From assembly GCA_018985225.1 (NCBI GenBank), contig JADGIF010000023.1:1-32000 (forward strand): a stretch of 32,000 bases of DNA, written 5' to 3'. This stretch comes from Amoeboradix gromovi X-113. Taxonomy: Eukaryota > Fungi > Sanchytriomycota. The notes under the pieces are model-generated. The model was not told the DNA's origin. It saw only the letters and a list, made by a program, of their open reading frames with translations, and ran no database searches. Positions 19,604-29,532 of the stretch are shown here, piece by piece (the stretch's first letter is position 1; each line of letters opens with the position of its first letter). The position numbers and the translations under genes were made by a program.

Positions 19604-22600
19604 TTATAGCTTCCCTCTTAAACCTCCCAACAAGTCTCCTAATACCATGCTCATCATAATGTTACCACTGGCTTTCAATTTCCCACTCATAAATGCTTCC
19701 TGACCACTTATCTTCCCACTAGCCATCTTAATAAAATCTTCATCTCCAATTTTTATTAAACAGTCGTTCTTTCTATTTCCCTGCACAATTTTCAATTCTT
19801 TTAAATCGATTACCCATTCTTCCTTGTTATTTGGGGTGGATATCTCTAATTGGAATACACCACCTTTGCTCTGATATTTCTTCTTTTGGTCTGCTTGCAT
19901 CCCTTGAAGGTACGCATCCAGCTTTGACAGAACTGCACTAGATTTGCTAGCAGTTGTGCTTGCTGCTTTCGATGTGGCACCTGCCTTGGTCTTTTCCAAC
20001 TTTGCACAGGCATTCATCACTACTATTTCGTTTCTCTCCTTACATTTACACACAAATACCACCAAATCACCTTCAAGCCACATCTCAACTACCAGTGTCT
20101 CACCAGGGTACACATGTTTGCTCAATCTACCCATAATCATGTTGAATGGACCGTATGCATCCATTATTGATTTACCACATATCCCAAATGTACACATACC
20201 GTGTAATATAGGCTTGTCAAATCCACCCATTTTAGCAAATGACGAGTCAATATGCATTGGGTTTAAATCTTTGCTGCTTGCTCTGAACAGCAGTGCCTGG
20301 TTATCGGTGGTTTTGTTAATAATCACCTTGTCGGGTTGTCTGCTCATAACACGAGTCAGCACATCGGTACTCACACCAATAGATGGTATATTTGCTGACT
20401 GGATACCTTGCTTAACAGAGCAGTTGCGAATAAAGAGAGTGATTTCACCATGCACAATTTGACCACGTTTATTGCTGCCCTTGACGATTAATCGGATAAC
20501 AAGAGAATTCTTAATTGACTTAATGCTGCCAACACTGGATTCAAATTGAATTACATCCTCAACTAGCAATGGAAGATTCAACTTGACAAGCTGCTCGCCG
20601 TGCACAAGATTCATCAAACTGAAATCATTGCAAATTGAATCAAAGGGGAATACAGTAGCAGAATGGACTATTGCACTGTTAATAAACGTAGGGATTATTT
20701 GGAATGAATCGGATTGCTCGTAGATGTAGTGTAGCTGGGTAGCTGTGCAGTTCAGGGATATGTTATACAAGATTATATCAGCCTGATTATAAGAATAAGA
20801 ATGAGAGGATCCAACAGATGATGCTTTGGAATTTGAGGATTTTGGAGAACTCAAATTACTGAAATTGTTGAAGATCTCCTGATAGCTTTCTTGTACGCTA
20901 CCCGGATGATGATACTTGCTAAAATCTGTGATTTCACGCCATTTGTTATAAACATCCTCAACATCAACAGATTTAAATCCAACACCTTTAGATCTTTGCC
21001 ATTCGCAAGATTGAACAATCCCGCAGCCAGCCTCATAGACTTTGTTTGTGATTGATGTAGAAGTTAACGCAACAACTAGTGGACTAACATATTCTGGCTT
21101 CAGCTGCTCAAGGACATCATTGGGCATTATCGTGGATGTAATGCGGGTGCCTGCAGTTGGAATAACTACATTCACAGTGATATTCTTAGATTTCCCTTCT
21201 ATGGCCAAAGTTTTACTAAAACCAATGATTGCTGACTTTGCGCTACCGTAATTGCACGAACCAAAATTTCCATACAGCGCAATACTGGAGGATGTGTTAA
21301 TAATACGTCCATACTTTTGCTTGACCATATAAGGCCACGCAGCATGGCACATTGCAAATGTGCCATTTAAATGTACTTTGTGGATCAACAGCCAGTCCTC
21401 TGCAGTCATTTTAGACATAGATACATCTCTTAGGATACCTGCATTGTTTATCAATATATCTACTCTACCCCATTTTTTGATTGCGGATTCCACTACCATT
21501 TGACCGTCAACTACGCTGTTGTAGTTAGGAATAGCACTTCCACCCTTGCTGATAATATCCTGCACAACTTTCTCAGCTGCATTAGTGCTATTACCGACGC
21601 CATGCGTGTTGCCACCCAAATCATTTACAACAACGTTGCACTTTAAATAAGCAAACAAAAGAGCATACTGACGACCCAGACCATTACCTGCACCTGTGAC
21701 TATCACTACCTTGTCTTTCAAATTTATTGCCGGTCCCTTAGGATTGGTGATAGACTTGCAAGCCTCCAAGTATGATAGTGGGTTCAAATCTGCCATAGAG
21801 GATGGCGATTGCGGGTTTGACATGTTGTGAATCTGGTCTAGCTTATCAAGAACCGCGCTTGGAGTAAAGGTAGAGTCCAACTTGAACAGCTGGCCTTGTG
21901 AGCGAGACCATCTAACTTTAGCGATAAAACCAGCTCCGACCTCGAACAAGCTGCCATTCTCAGTAACAGAGGGATGAGTAAGGTATAGAACCAATGGAGC
22001 AACAAATTCAGGTTTAAGATTTGCTAGTACATCAGGGGGAAGGACAGATTCTGTCATTTTAGATTTAGCTATTGGGGCAATCGTGTTAACTAATACATTG
22101 TTACGTTCACCTTCTTTAGACAAAGAGAGAGTGAAGCCATGTAGACCTAGTTTGGCAGCAGAATAATTAGCTTGGCCATAATTACCGTAAATACCTGCTG
22201 CACTGGCAGTGTTGATTATACGGCCAAATTTCTGTTTGTTGAAGATATCCCAGCAAGCCTTGGTCATTTTAAAACTGCCATGTAGATGAACATCTAGGAC
22301 TTGCTGCCATTGTTGTTCTGTCATTTTAATAAAACTAGAATCACGAAGTATACCAGCATTATTTATAAGAATATCAACTCTACCGAACGCTTTTAGAGCC
22401 GTCTGCACAATTTCTGTGCCCTGCTCACAGCTGTGTTTGTCAGCAACAGCAATCCCACCCATTCTCTGAATCTCTAAAACGACTTGCTCAGGAGCGCCAA
22501 GATCATTAACTACAATCTTAGCGCCTCTTTTTGCATATTCTAAAGCGTATACCCTACCTAGACCACCTCCTGCACCAGTGATGATAACTACAAGATTGTT

Positions 22601-22636
22601 GAAATCAAGTTTCTGATTAGACATTGTTTTGGACAT
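19604..22636 (-). CDS. FOX2: Peroxisomal multifunctional beta-oxidation enzyme type 2 (2x SDR + hydratase-2 + SCP2)
   Basis: Two TGAG.GLGR / NNAGILRD / NY..AK SDR domains; hydratase-2 motifs (HGEQ, DLNPMHID, PILHGMCT); an SCP2-like tail (QEAFMSGKLKASGNIM); ends in -GKL (PTS1-like). ATG at 22636 or 22624. Confidence 0.93.
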   Translation of the reverse strand: MSKTMSNQKLDFNNLVVIITGAGGGLGRVYALEYAKRGAKIVVNDLGAPEQVVLEIQRMGGIAVADKHSCEQGTEIVQTALKAFGRVDILINNAGILRDSSFIKMTEQQWQQVLDVHLHGSFKMTKACWDIFNKQKFGRIINTASAAGIYGNYGQANYSAAKLGLHGFTLSLSKEGERNNVLVNTIAPIAKSKMTESVLPPDVLANLKPEFVAPLVLYLTHPSVTENGSLFEVGAGFIAKVRWSRSQGQLFKLDSTFTPSAVLDKLDQIHNMSNPQSPSSMADLNPLSYLEACKSITNPKGPAINLKDKVVIVTGAGNGLGRQYALLFAYLKCNVVVNDLGGNTHGVGNSTNAAEKVVQDIISKGGSAIPNYNSVVDGQMVVESAIKKWGRVDILINNAGILRDVSMSKMTAEDWLLIHKVHLNGTFAMCHAAWPYMVKQKYGRIINTSSSIALYGNFGSCNYGSAKSAIIGFSKTLAIEGKSKNITVNVVIPTAGTRITSTIMPNDVLEQLKPEYVSPLVVALTSTSITNKVYEAGCGIVQSCEWQRSKGVGFKSVDVEDVYNKWREITDFSKYHHPGSVQESYQEIFNNFSNLSSPKSSNSKASSVGSSHSYSYNQADIILYNISLNCTATQLHYIYEQSDSFQIIPTFINSAIVHSATVFPFDSICNDFSLMNLVHGEQLVKLNLPLLVEDVIQFESSVGSIKSIKNSLVIRLIVKGSNKRGQIVHGEITLFIRNCSVKQGIQSANIPSIGVSTDVLTRVMSRQPDKVIINKTTDNQALLFRASSKDLNPMHIDSSFAKMGGFDKPILHGMCTFGICGKSIMDAYGPFNMIMGRLSKHVYPGETLVVEMWLEGDLVVFVCKCKERNEIVVMNACAKLEKTKAGATSKAASTTASKSSAVLSKLDAYLQGMQADQKKKYQSKGGVFQLEISTPNNKEEWVIDLKELKIVQGNRKNDCLIKIGDEDFIKMASGKISGQEAFMSGKLKASGNIMMSMVLGDLLGGLRGKL

Positions 22637-22659
22637 TCTCCGTTGCAAAAAGTAACAAG

Positions 22660-23069
22660 TGGGACATCAAATATAAAAACTAGACCTACTTTCTGAAATA
22701 GTTTGAATCATTATTTCAAGTGCGTATTAACCAGTAATAAACTAAATTAAATCAATCTGATTATTTCAAGTAAATTATTTTAGTATAAAAACTTTTCATC
22801 CATCAAAATCTTAGACACAATGATTAATAAGAAGAAGAGAAACGGAAAATAAGTTATACGAGAATGGAACAGATAAAGACTATCGTCTAAGAAAATGCAC
22901 CTTTTGTATTTGAAAGAGATAGTGGGTCATCTTATTTTATTTTAAAGAGGGAATGACATTAATGAAAGAAAATTGGTTTGAAAGAAGAAGGACTTTTATA
23001 ATAATAGTATTTCCTCCTTATGGAGCACCTCCTTTAAAATTACAGTCTAGTTTTATATTTCGAGTTCCA
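22660..23069. mobile_element. MITE, copy 2 (410 bp), inverted relative to copy 1
   Basis: Left TGGGACATCAAATATAAAAACTAGAC vs reverse complement of right TGGAACTCGAAATATAAAACTAGAC. Internal blocks AAGAAAATGCACCTTTTG, AATGAAAGAAAATTGGT and TTTCCTCC.TATGGAGCACCT match copy 1. Confidence 0.85.
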
Positions 23070-23162
23070 CATTATAACTTGACTATTGGATCTTTAGAAT
23101 TTAAGAAATGAATCTATATCATTAGATGGACAACAATCAGAATATTTTGAAACCTTACATAC

Positions 23163-24848
23163 ATGGATTTCAAAATCAGTTTTCCAGAGGATTTGGGATA
23201 TTTCGATCATATTTCGAATGCTGAGGTTTTTGAAGGCATTCCAAAGTATTTGTTCAATACTGTACCTATTGGTATAATTAAAAGTATTAGAACTTACGTC
23301 CCAGTAGATTCAATTGATGGAAAGATCAGCAATAAACCAGAACAAATGAGCTATATATTTCATGGGAGTTGGGGAATGGGAAAATCTAATCTATTAATGT
23401 TGATAGCTCAGTTTGCATCCAGTAGAAAGTTTTTGGTCTTTTATGAAAAGGAATGCGGACTTCTCCAAAAGAACGAGTCTAATCAGGATTTTGAGTATTT
23501 GAATAAAGACGCCATATCGCATTGGAAGATGATAATCGGAAATCACGCAGATCCAGAAAAACGTAAACTTTTGAAGTACTTGAGTTTCAATACCGAACCA
23601 AACCATGTTATCATTTCAAACCTAAGGAATATTAGATTAGCAGTACCCGTTTGCTTTGTATTGGATCAATGGCATCTTCTCGACCCATCATTTCATTTCT
23701 ATAAACTACCAGGGAATATAATGGGATTTGTGAGTGGCAGCGGTAGTTGGAAACCTGAAATGTCATTGAATCGTGTTCCTGACAGAGCTAGGTATAGAAC
23801 GTATCATATAGAAATGAAGAGATTGACAGCAGACAAGACTAAAATGATTTTATCAGCCTTTCTGAAATTTGAAGTATCTGATGATCTTGCAGACAAAGTA
23901 ACTGACATTTGTCAAGGTGCTTTTGTACTGGTAAACCAAGTATACGACATTATAAGTAACAATAGCCATTATTTACCATTTGATCTTTCTATGGCACCCT
24001 CCTTGATGGATGATTTAAAAACTACCATTAGAACTTATTATAAAGGCATCGTGTCCGGAATCATATCAAGCGATAAACATGAAGAAGGTCAAATTACAAA
24101 ATTGCTAAATTCTGCAAATCTGGAATCGCCTATCATTGACACATATTGGCTAGATACGGGGATTTGTACCGCAGGTAGTTTCTTTCATCCGGTCTTGCAA
24201 GACGAGATTGCTAAATGTTACCAAGTGGAGGACAATGTTACCACATTGATTTCAAAACTGACGTATAAGACTGAAGAGGCATTTGAGACTTTATTTTCTT
24301 ATTTATTTTATAGACACTATGAAGGTAGATTAGCTTTACATACTGGGTGTACTGTTGTTGTTAAAGGTAAATGTGAGCTTCAATGGAATTCTTTCTTTGA
24401 GTATGAGTACTCCAATTCAAATACTGTTTCTTTTACTGATGATCGTATCTATCACTTGAAGATGGCTGGTGGTAATTTCCCAGCTATTGATTTTTGTTGT
24501 AAAAACGGGAATTTTATCTATGCCATTCAAGTATCAGTTGAAGCAACCAGAGAGGATCATGATAGGTCCAGTGTTAGCGAGGTTCTCAGATTGAAAGGAA
24601 ATCTACCACAACCAGTCAAAGATTGGCTAACGGCACAGTATAAGACACCAATGGCCGAGATAAGATATGTTTACTTGTCGCCTTATCAATTCAAACGTAC
24701 TCAAAAACAAGAGCCATACTGGGTGCCTGAATCATTTGATTATTTTAGAGATTTATGTGGGAATATTAAATTGTACACATTCATTTTGAGTAGCTATAAG
24801 CGCAATGAACCAAAACAAAAGAGAAAGAAAATTGAACAAATTAATTAA
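23163..24848 (+). CDS. Crinkler/RHS-type (CR) P-loop NTPase plus restriction-endonuclease-fold protein
   Basis: Walker A HGSWGMGKS, Walker B FVLDQ, C-terminal AFE...NFPAIDF...IYAIQVSV...H (PD-(D/E)xK variant with Q), and a terminal basic KQKRKK tract. Confidence 0.65.
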   Translation: MDFKISFPEDLGYFDHISNAEVFEGIPKYLFNTVPIGIIKSIRTYVPVDSIDGKISNKPEQMSYIFHGSWGMGKSNLLMLIAQFASSRKFLVFYEKECGLLQKNESNQDFEYLNKDAISHWKMIIGNHADPEKRKLLKYLSFNTEPNHVIISNLRNIRLAVPVCFVLDQWHLLDPSFHFYKLPGNIMGFVSGSGSWKPEMSLNRVPDRARYRTYHIEMKRLTADKTKMILSAFLKFEVSDDLADKVTDICQGAFVLVNQVYDIISNNSHYLPFDLSMAPSLMDDLKTTIRTYYKGIVSGIISSDKHEEGQITKLLNSANLESPIIDTYWLDTGICTAGSFFHPVLQDEIAKCYQVEDNVTTLISKLTYKTEEAFETLFSYLFYRHYEGRLALHTGCTVVVKGKCELQWNSFFEYEYSNSNTVSFTDDRIYHLKMAGGNFPAIDFCCKNGNFIYAIQVSVEATREDHDRSSVSEVLRLKGNLPQPVKDWLTAQYKTPMAEIRYVYLSPYQFKRTQKQEPYWVPESFDYFRDLCGNIKLYTFILSSYKRNEPKQKRKKIEQIN

Positions 24849-25680
24849 CTTATTTTCCCAACCTTTCAAAACGAAATCAAACTTCAAAAAGAAAACAAAC
24901 CAAGCAATTGATGTAATTTTGAATGTTTATGACATTACACTTTAGAGGCATATGGAAAAATTATCTTTTAAGTAACTCAGTGGCATGAATAATGATTATA
25001 TCAACTCGAAATTGGTATTTTTGAAAATATCACGGTCCGGGGGCTCTAAAAAGTCTATTTTTTAAATTTCTGATATTTTTGAGTTGGTCTGGTTTATATA
25101 TGTGGTGTCCCCTGTATTCAATACATGCTGGTAAGATCGAATAAACATGATTTTCGTACTTCTTTTTATGATATGACTGAAGCTTAATTATCTCTATTTA
25201 AAAAAGCTAGCCAATAAATCTGGTTAATTTTAAATAATATAGTATTTGCCATTTACACCTTTGCCCAATCGCTTTCAAAATACAGACGAACAGTCCAAGA
25301 CACCCATATCTCTTTTGGAATATCGTTAATGTAATCACTTATAATGTTAACTTAACAAGAACATGGAATAACATGATGTATTTCCATATTTAATGAAGTT
25401 ATATACCTTTGGAATATTTTGGGAAGCATTTAGGATATGATTCTCTAAGTTTAGGACTACCTTGCAGCAAGCCATAATGATCTGGAATCTTTAAAGCATA
25501 ATCATATCTTTCTTGTCAAATTTCTTGCCAGGATCATTAAGCAATTGCTTGAAAGTATGACCAAATGCGTAAATGACCAACTCAATCGGAATTGGATGCA
25601 TTAAGTGTTGTTTGGATGCTGTAAATAATGGATTTGTTGCTTTATCAGATGTATTTTGTGATTTAGAACATCGGAAATAG

Positions 25681-26130
25681 AGATTTAGAAAAGATTCTTT
25701 ACGTAGAATGATTGATGATCTAGCATATGCAATTGATGACTGGCAAGAAACAATGTTGCAATTTCTATTTCCACGACAAAAGAAGAGCTAAGCAATGATT
25801 TAGGACTACAGAGCATGAAAAGAGAAACATTTATTGGGGAGATGGTTCCTATGGTCATAGTAAAGGGAATCCAGTAGTTCCAAATAAGTGGTTGATATAC
25901 GCATTATGTAATAGAGCTAGAGTGATTACTACACCAGAATTCAGAGCTTTCAAGTTGTGTTGCAATTTTCATCACGATTTGCCAAAAGAGATGGCATCCG
26001 TTCATGGCCAAACAAAATCAATGTATATATACAAATTGTAATGTTACAGTTGATCGTGACATCAATGAATCTATAAAAATAGAACAAGTTGTAAAGAGTT
26101 ATTGTTGCACCTATGAGAAACCAAAGTGGC
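25681..26130 (+). pseudogene. Fanzor1-like C-terminal (RuvC-II, zinc finger, RuvC-III) pseudogene
   Basis: Across frameshifts: WQETMLQ/FYFHDKRRAKQ*FRT...IYWGDGSYGHSKGNPVVPNKWLIYALCNRARVITTPEFRAFKLCCNFHHDL (E at 25937), then CIYTNCNVTVDRDINESIKIEQVVKSYCCTYEKPKW (DRD at 26052). Confidence 0.8.
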
Positions 26131-26139
26131 AAGAATTGG

Positions 26140-26229
26140 GCTTTGATGCAAAGATTCCTTTGGGACACACATTATGTACATCAATCATAACTTCTATTCA
26201 ATAGGGTTAGTTTCTGATTGCATGTCTCA
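26140..26229 (+). ncRNA. Putative omegaRNA and right end of the Fanzor1-like element
   Basis: Dense pairing directly after the last conserved motif: TTGATG/CATCAA, CAAAG/CTTTG, CAATCA/TGATTG enclosing a TAAC..CTAT/ATAG..GTTA hairpin, and TGGGACA/TGTCTCA. Ends in ATGTCTCA, the same as the MITE right end at 13293-13300. Confidence 0.5.
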
Positions 26230-26433
26230 TGTGCAATTATAAATATAAACTAATTTAATGTTTCTAAGAGCTCCATAGTACCAAGAAATGAGCAAAAAAA
26301 CACCAAACCAACATTAGCCCACTCATTAAAGAAGTTTGATTGTATATCTGAGTGCAGAGAGCATATTAATAGAACTACAGCTAAAGGGCATCCGAAAGAG
26401 CTGAAAATAAATGATTTGAATTTCAACTATAAT

Positions 26434-26905
26434 TTACTCCTCGTTAAAAGTCCTGATTTCCGAGAAAATCGAGAATTTCCACAGAGAAACTAATGCTAGA
26501 TGCTCCGTTACAGTGATTGCTCACGCTTTCACTACCCTGAGGCGGGATTGAATAAGGATGCATATACTTGATGTATATGTTCCTTGCTTGCATATGGTCT
26601 CATCTATCTTCAAATGACAATTGGTACAGGTTCAGGTTTCTAAATTGGTTCTCTTTAGAGTGCCACAAATTGTACATGGCATCGAATTTCCGTGTTTGAA
26701 CTAGCTTATCAGTCTGAGACGAATCTATGCTGTACCTGCTAGTTATTTCTTTAGATTTGACATATTCAGGATTACATCTATTAATTCCATTTACCATTTG
26801 CGAAAAGGAAGAACATCCAGTATTTAAGCTATTGGAAAAGTCATAAATTATACAAAAATGCATACAAATTCGCGATAAATCATTTATTCAAGAAAACAAT
26901 CGAGC
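26434..26905 (-). mobile_element. Non-autonomous TnpB/Fanzor2-like element, copy 2
   Basis: Homologous to 4655-5110. The minus strand gives KHGNSMPCTICGTLKRTNLET*TCTNCHLKID/(frameshift)DHMQARNIYIKY. Confidence 0.75.
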
Positions 26906-27099
26906 CATAGTTTTTGCTACCTATCCGAGGTAGCCTTTGGTATCGCTGTTATTTATCAGCCTTTTTTAGTCCCAATACGTTATTGTAGTCTCTTTAAATG
27001 CCTGTTCTAACTTGCTTCAGTTATCTTAGTATTTACCCGGGCTCCCGCTAGTTTTTCTAGCAATTGGTTTTTATACTTAAAATCTCCTTGTTACAATTA

Positions 27100-29266
27100 A
27101 TGGGATTCAACAAATTTTACCAGTTTGGAATCACTTTTGAGCCCAATTTTCTTGATCGCACAAACAACTACGATATTTACGAGTGGCGCCAATTAAAACA
27201 AGATTACATCAATCGTATGAATATTTTCCAAAATGAAATTAATGGTTCCACTCCCCATCCCTCCCCATCTGTTGAGGTTGAAAAGTCTTTCATTTCAAAC
27301 AACGATTCCATCATTTTGCCCAATGTTGTACCTGTTCCGTCCAATCAATTCCACAGCATATCTGTTCAAACTTCATTTATTAAATCTCCAATAAAAGATA
27401 CGGATAACACCATAGGTTGTGCGGTTGATTCTGAAAATGTATCTGAGATTGATTACAGCCTCTTGGTTTATAAGGAGGCGTTTTTAAAATCTTCCAAATT
27501 AAACGATTCACCTGATGCATCTGAAATACGCCTGTTCGCTGATGACGAATCACCATCTCCTATTATCAGTCCTCCAATAAATGTGCCTGCTTCCTCTCTT
27601 GCACTTCCATTTACTTCTGACCCTCAGGAGTTATTGAAGTCCGATTCTGTAGAAAACGAAAATACAAATCCTAACGATAAGCGAGACATTTCTTTCAATG
27701 AGCAGTCACCTTCTGGTCCATTCAAGTCTCATGTTCTAAACCGGATAGCTACAATTGTCGGACCTTCCCAGTCAACTCGTGTTCCTATTGATCAATCATC
27801 AAATGCTTCATCATTACGTAATGCACCACTAGATGTTCCGTTTGATCAATCAAATCCTACTGATATAATGTCTACTTCTTCTGAAATTTCTCTCAACGAT
27901 TACCTGTCTGAACTAAAACAGTTGATTTCTTATAATCAGGATCTTATGAATAAACCACTTGATATAATCCCCAACCATCATATTCCCAAAATTGTGGAAT
28001 ACTCTACCAGCGAGTTAGATGACTCACCTGATACACCCAAAAGGAGAGTCAGAAACAGGTATAGAAAGCCGGTTGAGAAATCTGCAGGTGATGAGCAGTT
28101 GGATGAACACAAAATTCTGGAAGTTGCGACTGCAAAGTCAATACTTGCTGCAGAATCTGCACTTAACTCACCAATACCCTCACCTCGTTTAAACTATTCC
28201 TCTACACCCCGTACTAGATCTTCATCGCGTATCGCCAATAGGCCAATTACACCCCCATCTGCTATATCTTTAAAGAGACCTTCTTCTGCAAGTAGAAAGC
28301 ACAAAAAGACTAAGCTGTTAGATCTCGATGAAGCTGATCATCAGAATGTTGATGTCGATGAAGCCGATCATCAGAATGTTCATGACGATGCCCATGATGT
28401 CGTTGTAGCTGAACTGGAACCGGATGAGATATCTGAACAACAGTTGGATAATATGAATGAAATCGATAGAGCTGATGACAATGCTGTAGACAATGAGAAT
28501 GGCAATTTACTGGATGATTTGCTCAGCAAACATGAAGCCCCGTTGGATATTCCAGATATCGAGGAATACAACGAGATACAGCAACCGACACCTAAGCCAA
28601 GGAAACAAGCCAAAGTGCCTAGAAAGAGGGGAGTGAAAAATACAAAATCAACACCTGTGGCCCAAACCGGTGCAATAGGATTGAGAACTAGGAAAAAGAA
28701 CTTGAGAAAGTCATTTATCGACAATGAATGGGTAGACGCAGATAACATCAGTAACAAACAAATGAATGTTGTAAGCAAATGTGATGACGGGGAGTACATA
28801 GTAATTGAAGAGATAGAAAAGACTATACATGGTGTCAAGAGAGACAAGCATAAAAAAAGTGCTAGCAGGAAAAGCGTTGATGTTAAGTCAGCAAAAAAGG
28901 ATAATAAAGATACTGCAGTTCCGTTTAAAATTGCGAATTCAATCGTAAAAAAACCGACTGTAAAGCAAGTAAAGCAATCCACTTCTGATGTATTCATTGA
29001 TTTAAAGGAACAGGAAAATTATCATATTGGATACATAGGACTCACAAAGGGTGTGGAGTTGAATGGGAAAGAGATAGGAAATGCTGTGTATATAGTAAGT
29101 AGTGGAAGAGTAACATTTAATCGGAACAATGAAGAAGATTGTATCGGACAAGCTAAAGATGTGCTGATTGTGAATAAAGGTAACAATAATTAATTTAGGA
29201 AGCAACTACTCCATAACGTGTGAGAGTGCTGTTAGTATACTACAAGTACGAATAATATATGATTAG
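27100..29266 (+). CDS. Probable centromere protein C (Mif2/CENP-C); join(27100-29179, 29199-29266)
   Basis: Long disordered S/P/D/K-rich protein with a C-terminal cupin-like region (VYIVSSGRVTF...LIVNKG|SNYSITC), completed by removing a 19-nt intron. The CENP-C motif candidate (GLRTRKK...EW) is degenerate. Confidence 0.55.
28321..28380 (+). repeat. Coding tandem duplication, 30 bp x2
   Basis: gatctcgatgaagctgatcatcagaatgtt / gatgtcgatgaagccgatcatcagaatgtt (DLDEADHQNV, DVDEADHQNV). Confidence 0.9.
29180..29198 (+). other. 19-nt spliceosomal intron (predicted)
   Basis: GTAACAATAATTAATTTAG, phase 1. It contains the TAA that ends the ORF; removal yields GSNYSITCESAVSILQVRIIYD*. Confidence 0.75.
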
Positions 29267-29532
29267 CAAGATAAATAACAACAGAGCACCAGAGTAACTA
29301 ATGATGTTTGTAATAAACTACAGTATGTGTATTATATGCAGCCCAAGATTATTAAGCTGCTCCACTATGCTGATTGTGTGGCCATTAGTATTCAGATTTA
29401 AATAAAACGTTTTTTTGCTTTTAAACTGTCTTGCCGGATTTCAGTAGAAAAAGTCATCGAATAGAACAGTCATGTCTTTAGAGGTCTTGTTCGACCTGAA
29501 TGATTTTATTAAATCCCTCGAAACACAATTAT

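Noticed and set aside
25230-25680. Semi-open minus-strand frame (HPIPIELVIYAFGHTFKQLLNDPGK...) and a plus-strand IGI as a possible RuvC-I
   Set aside because: Neither gives a convincing motif in the right orientation; RuvC-I of the Fanzor remnant appears to be deleted.
26410-26421. Match of the copy-2 flank (AATGATTTGAAT) to positions 92-103 in the Fanzor1-like remnant, suggesting cross-targeting
   Set aside because: Only 12 AT-rich nt and not adjacent to the element end, so it is consistent with chance.
26600-26863. 87-aa ORF from the track
   Set aside because: Alternative frame of the decayed family-B element; not conserved as an ORF in copy 1.
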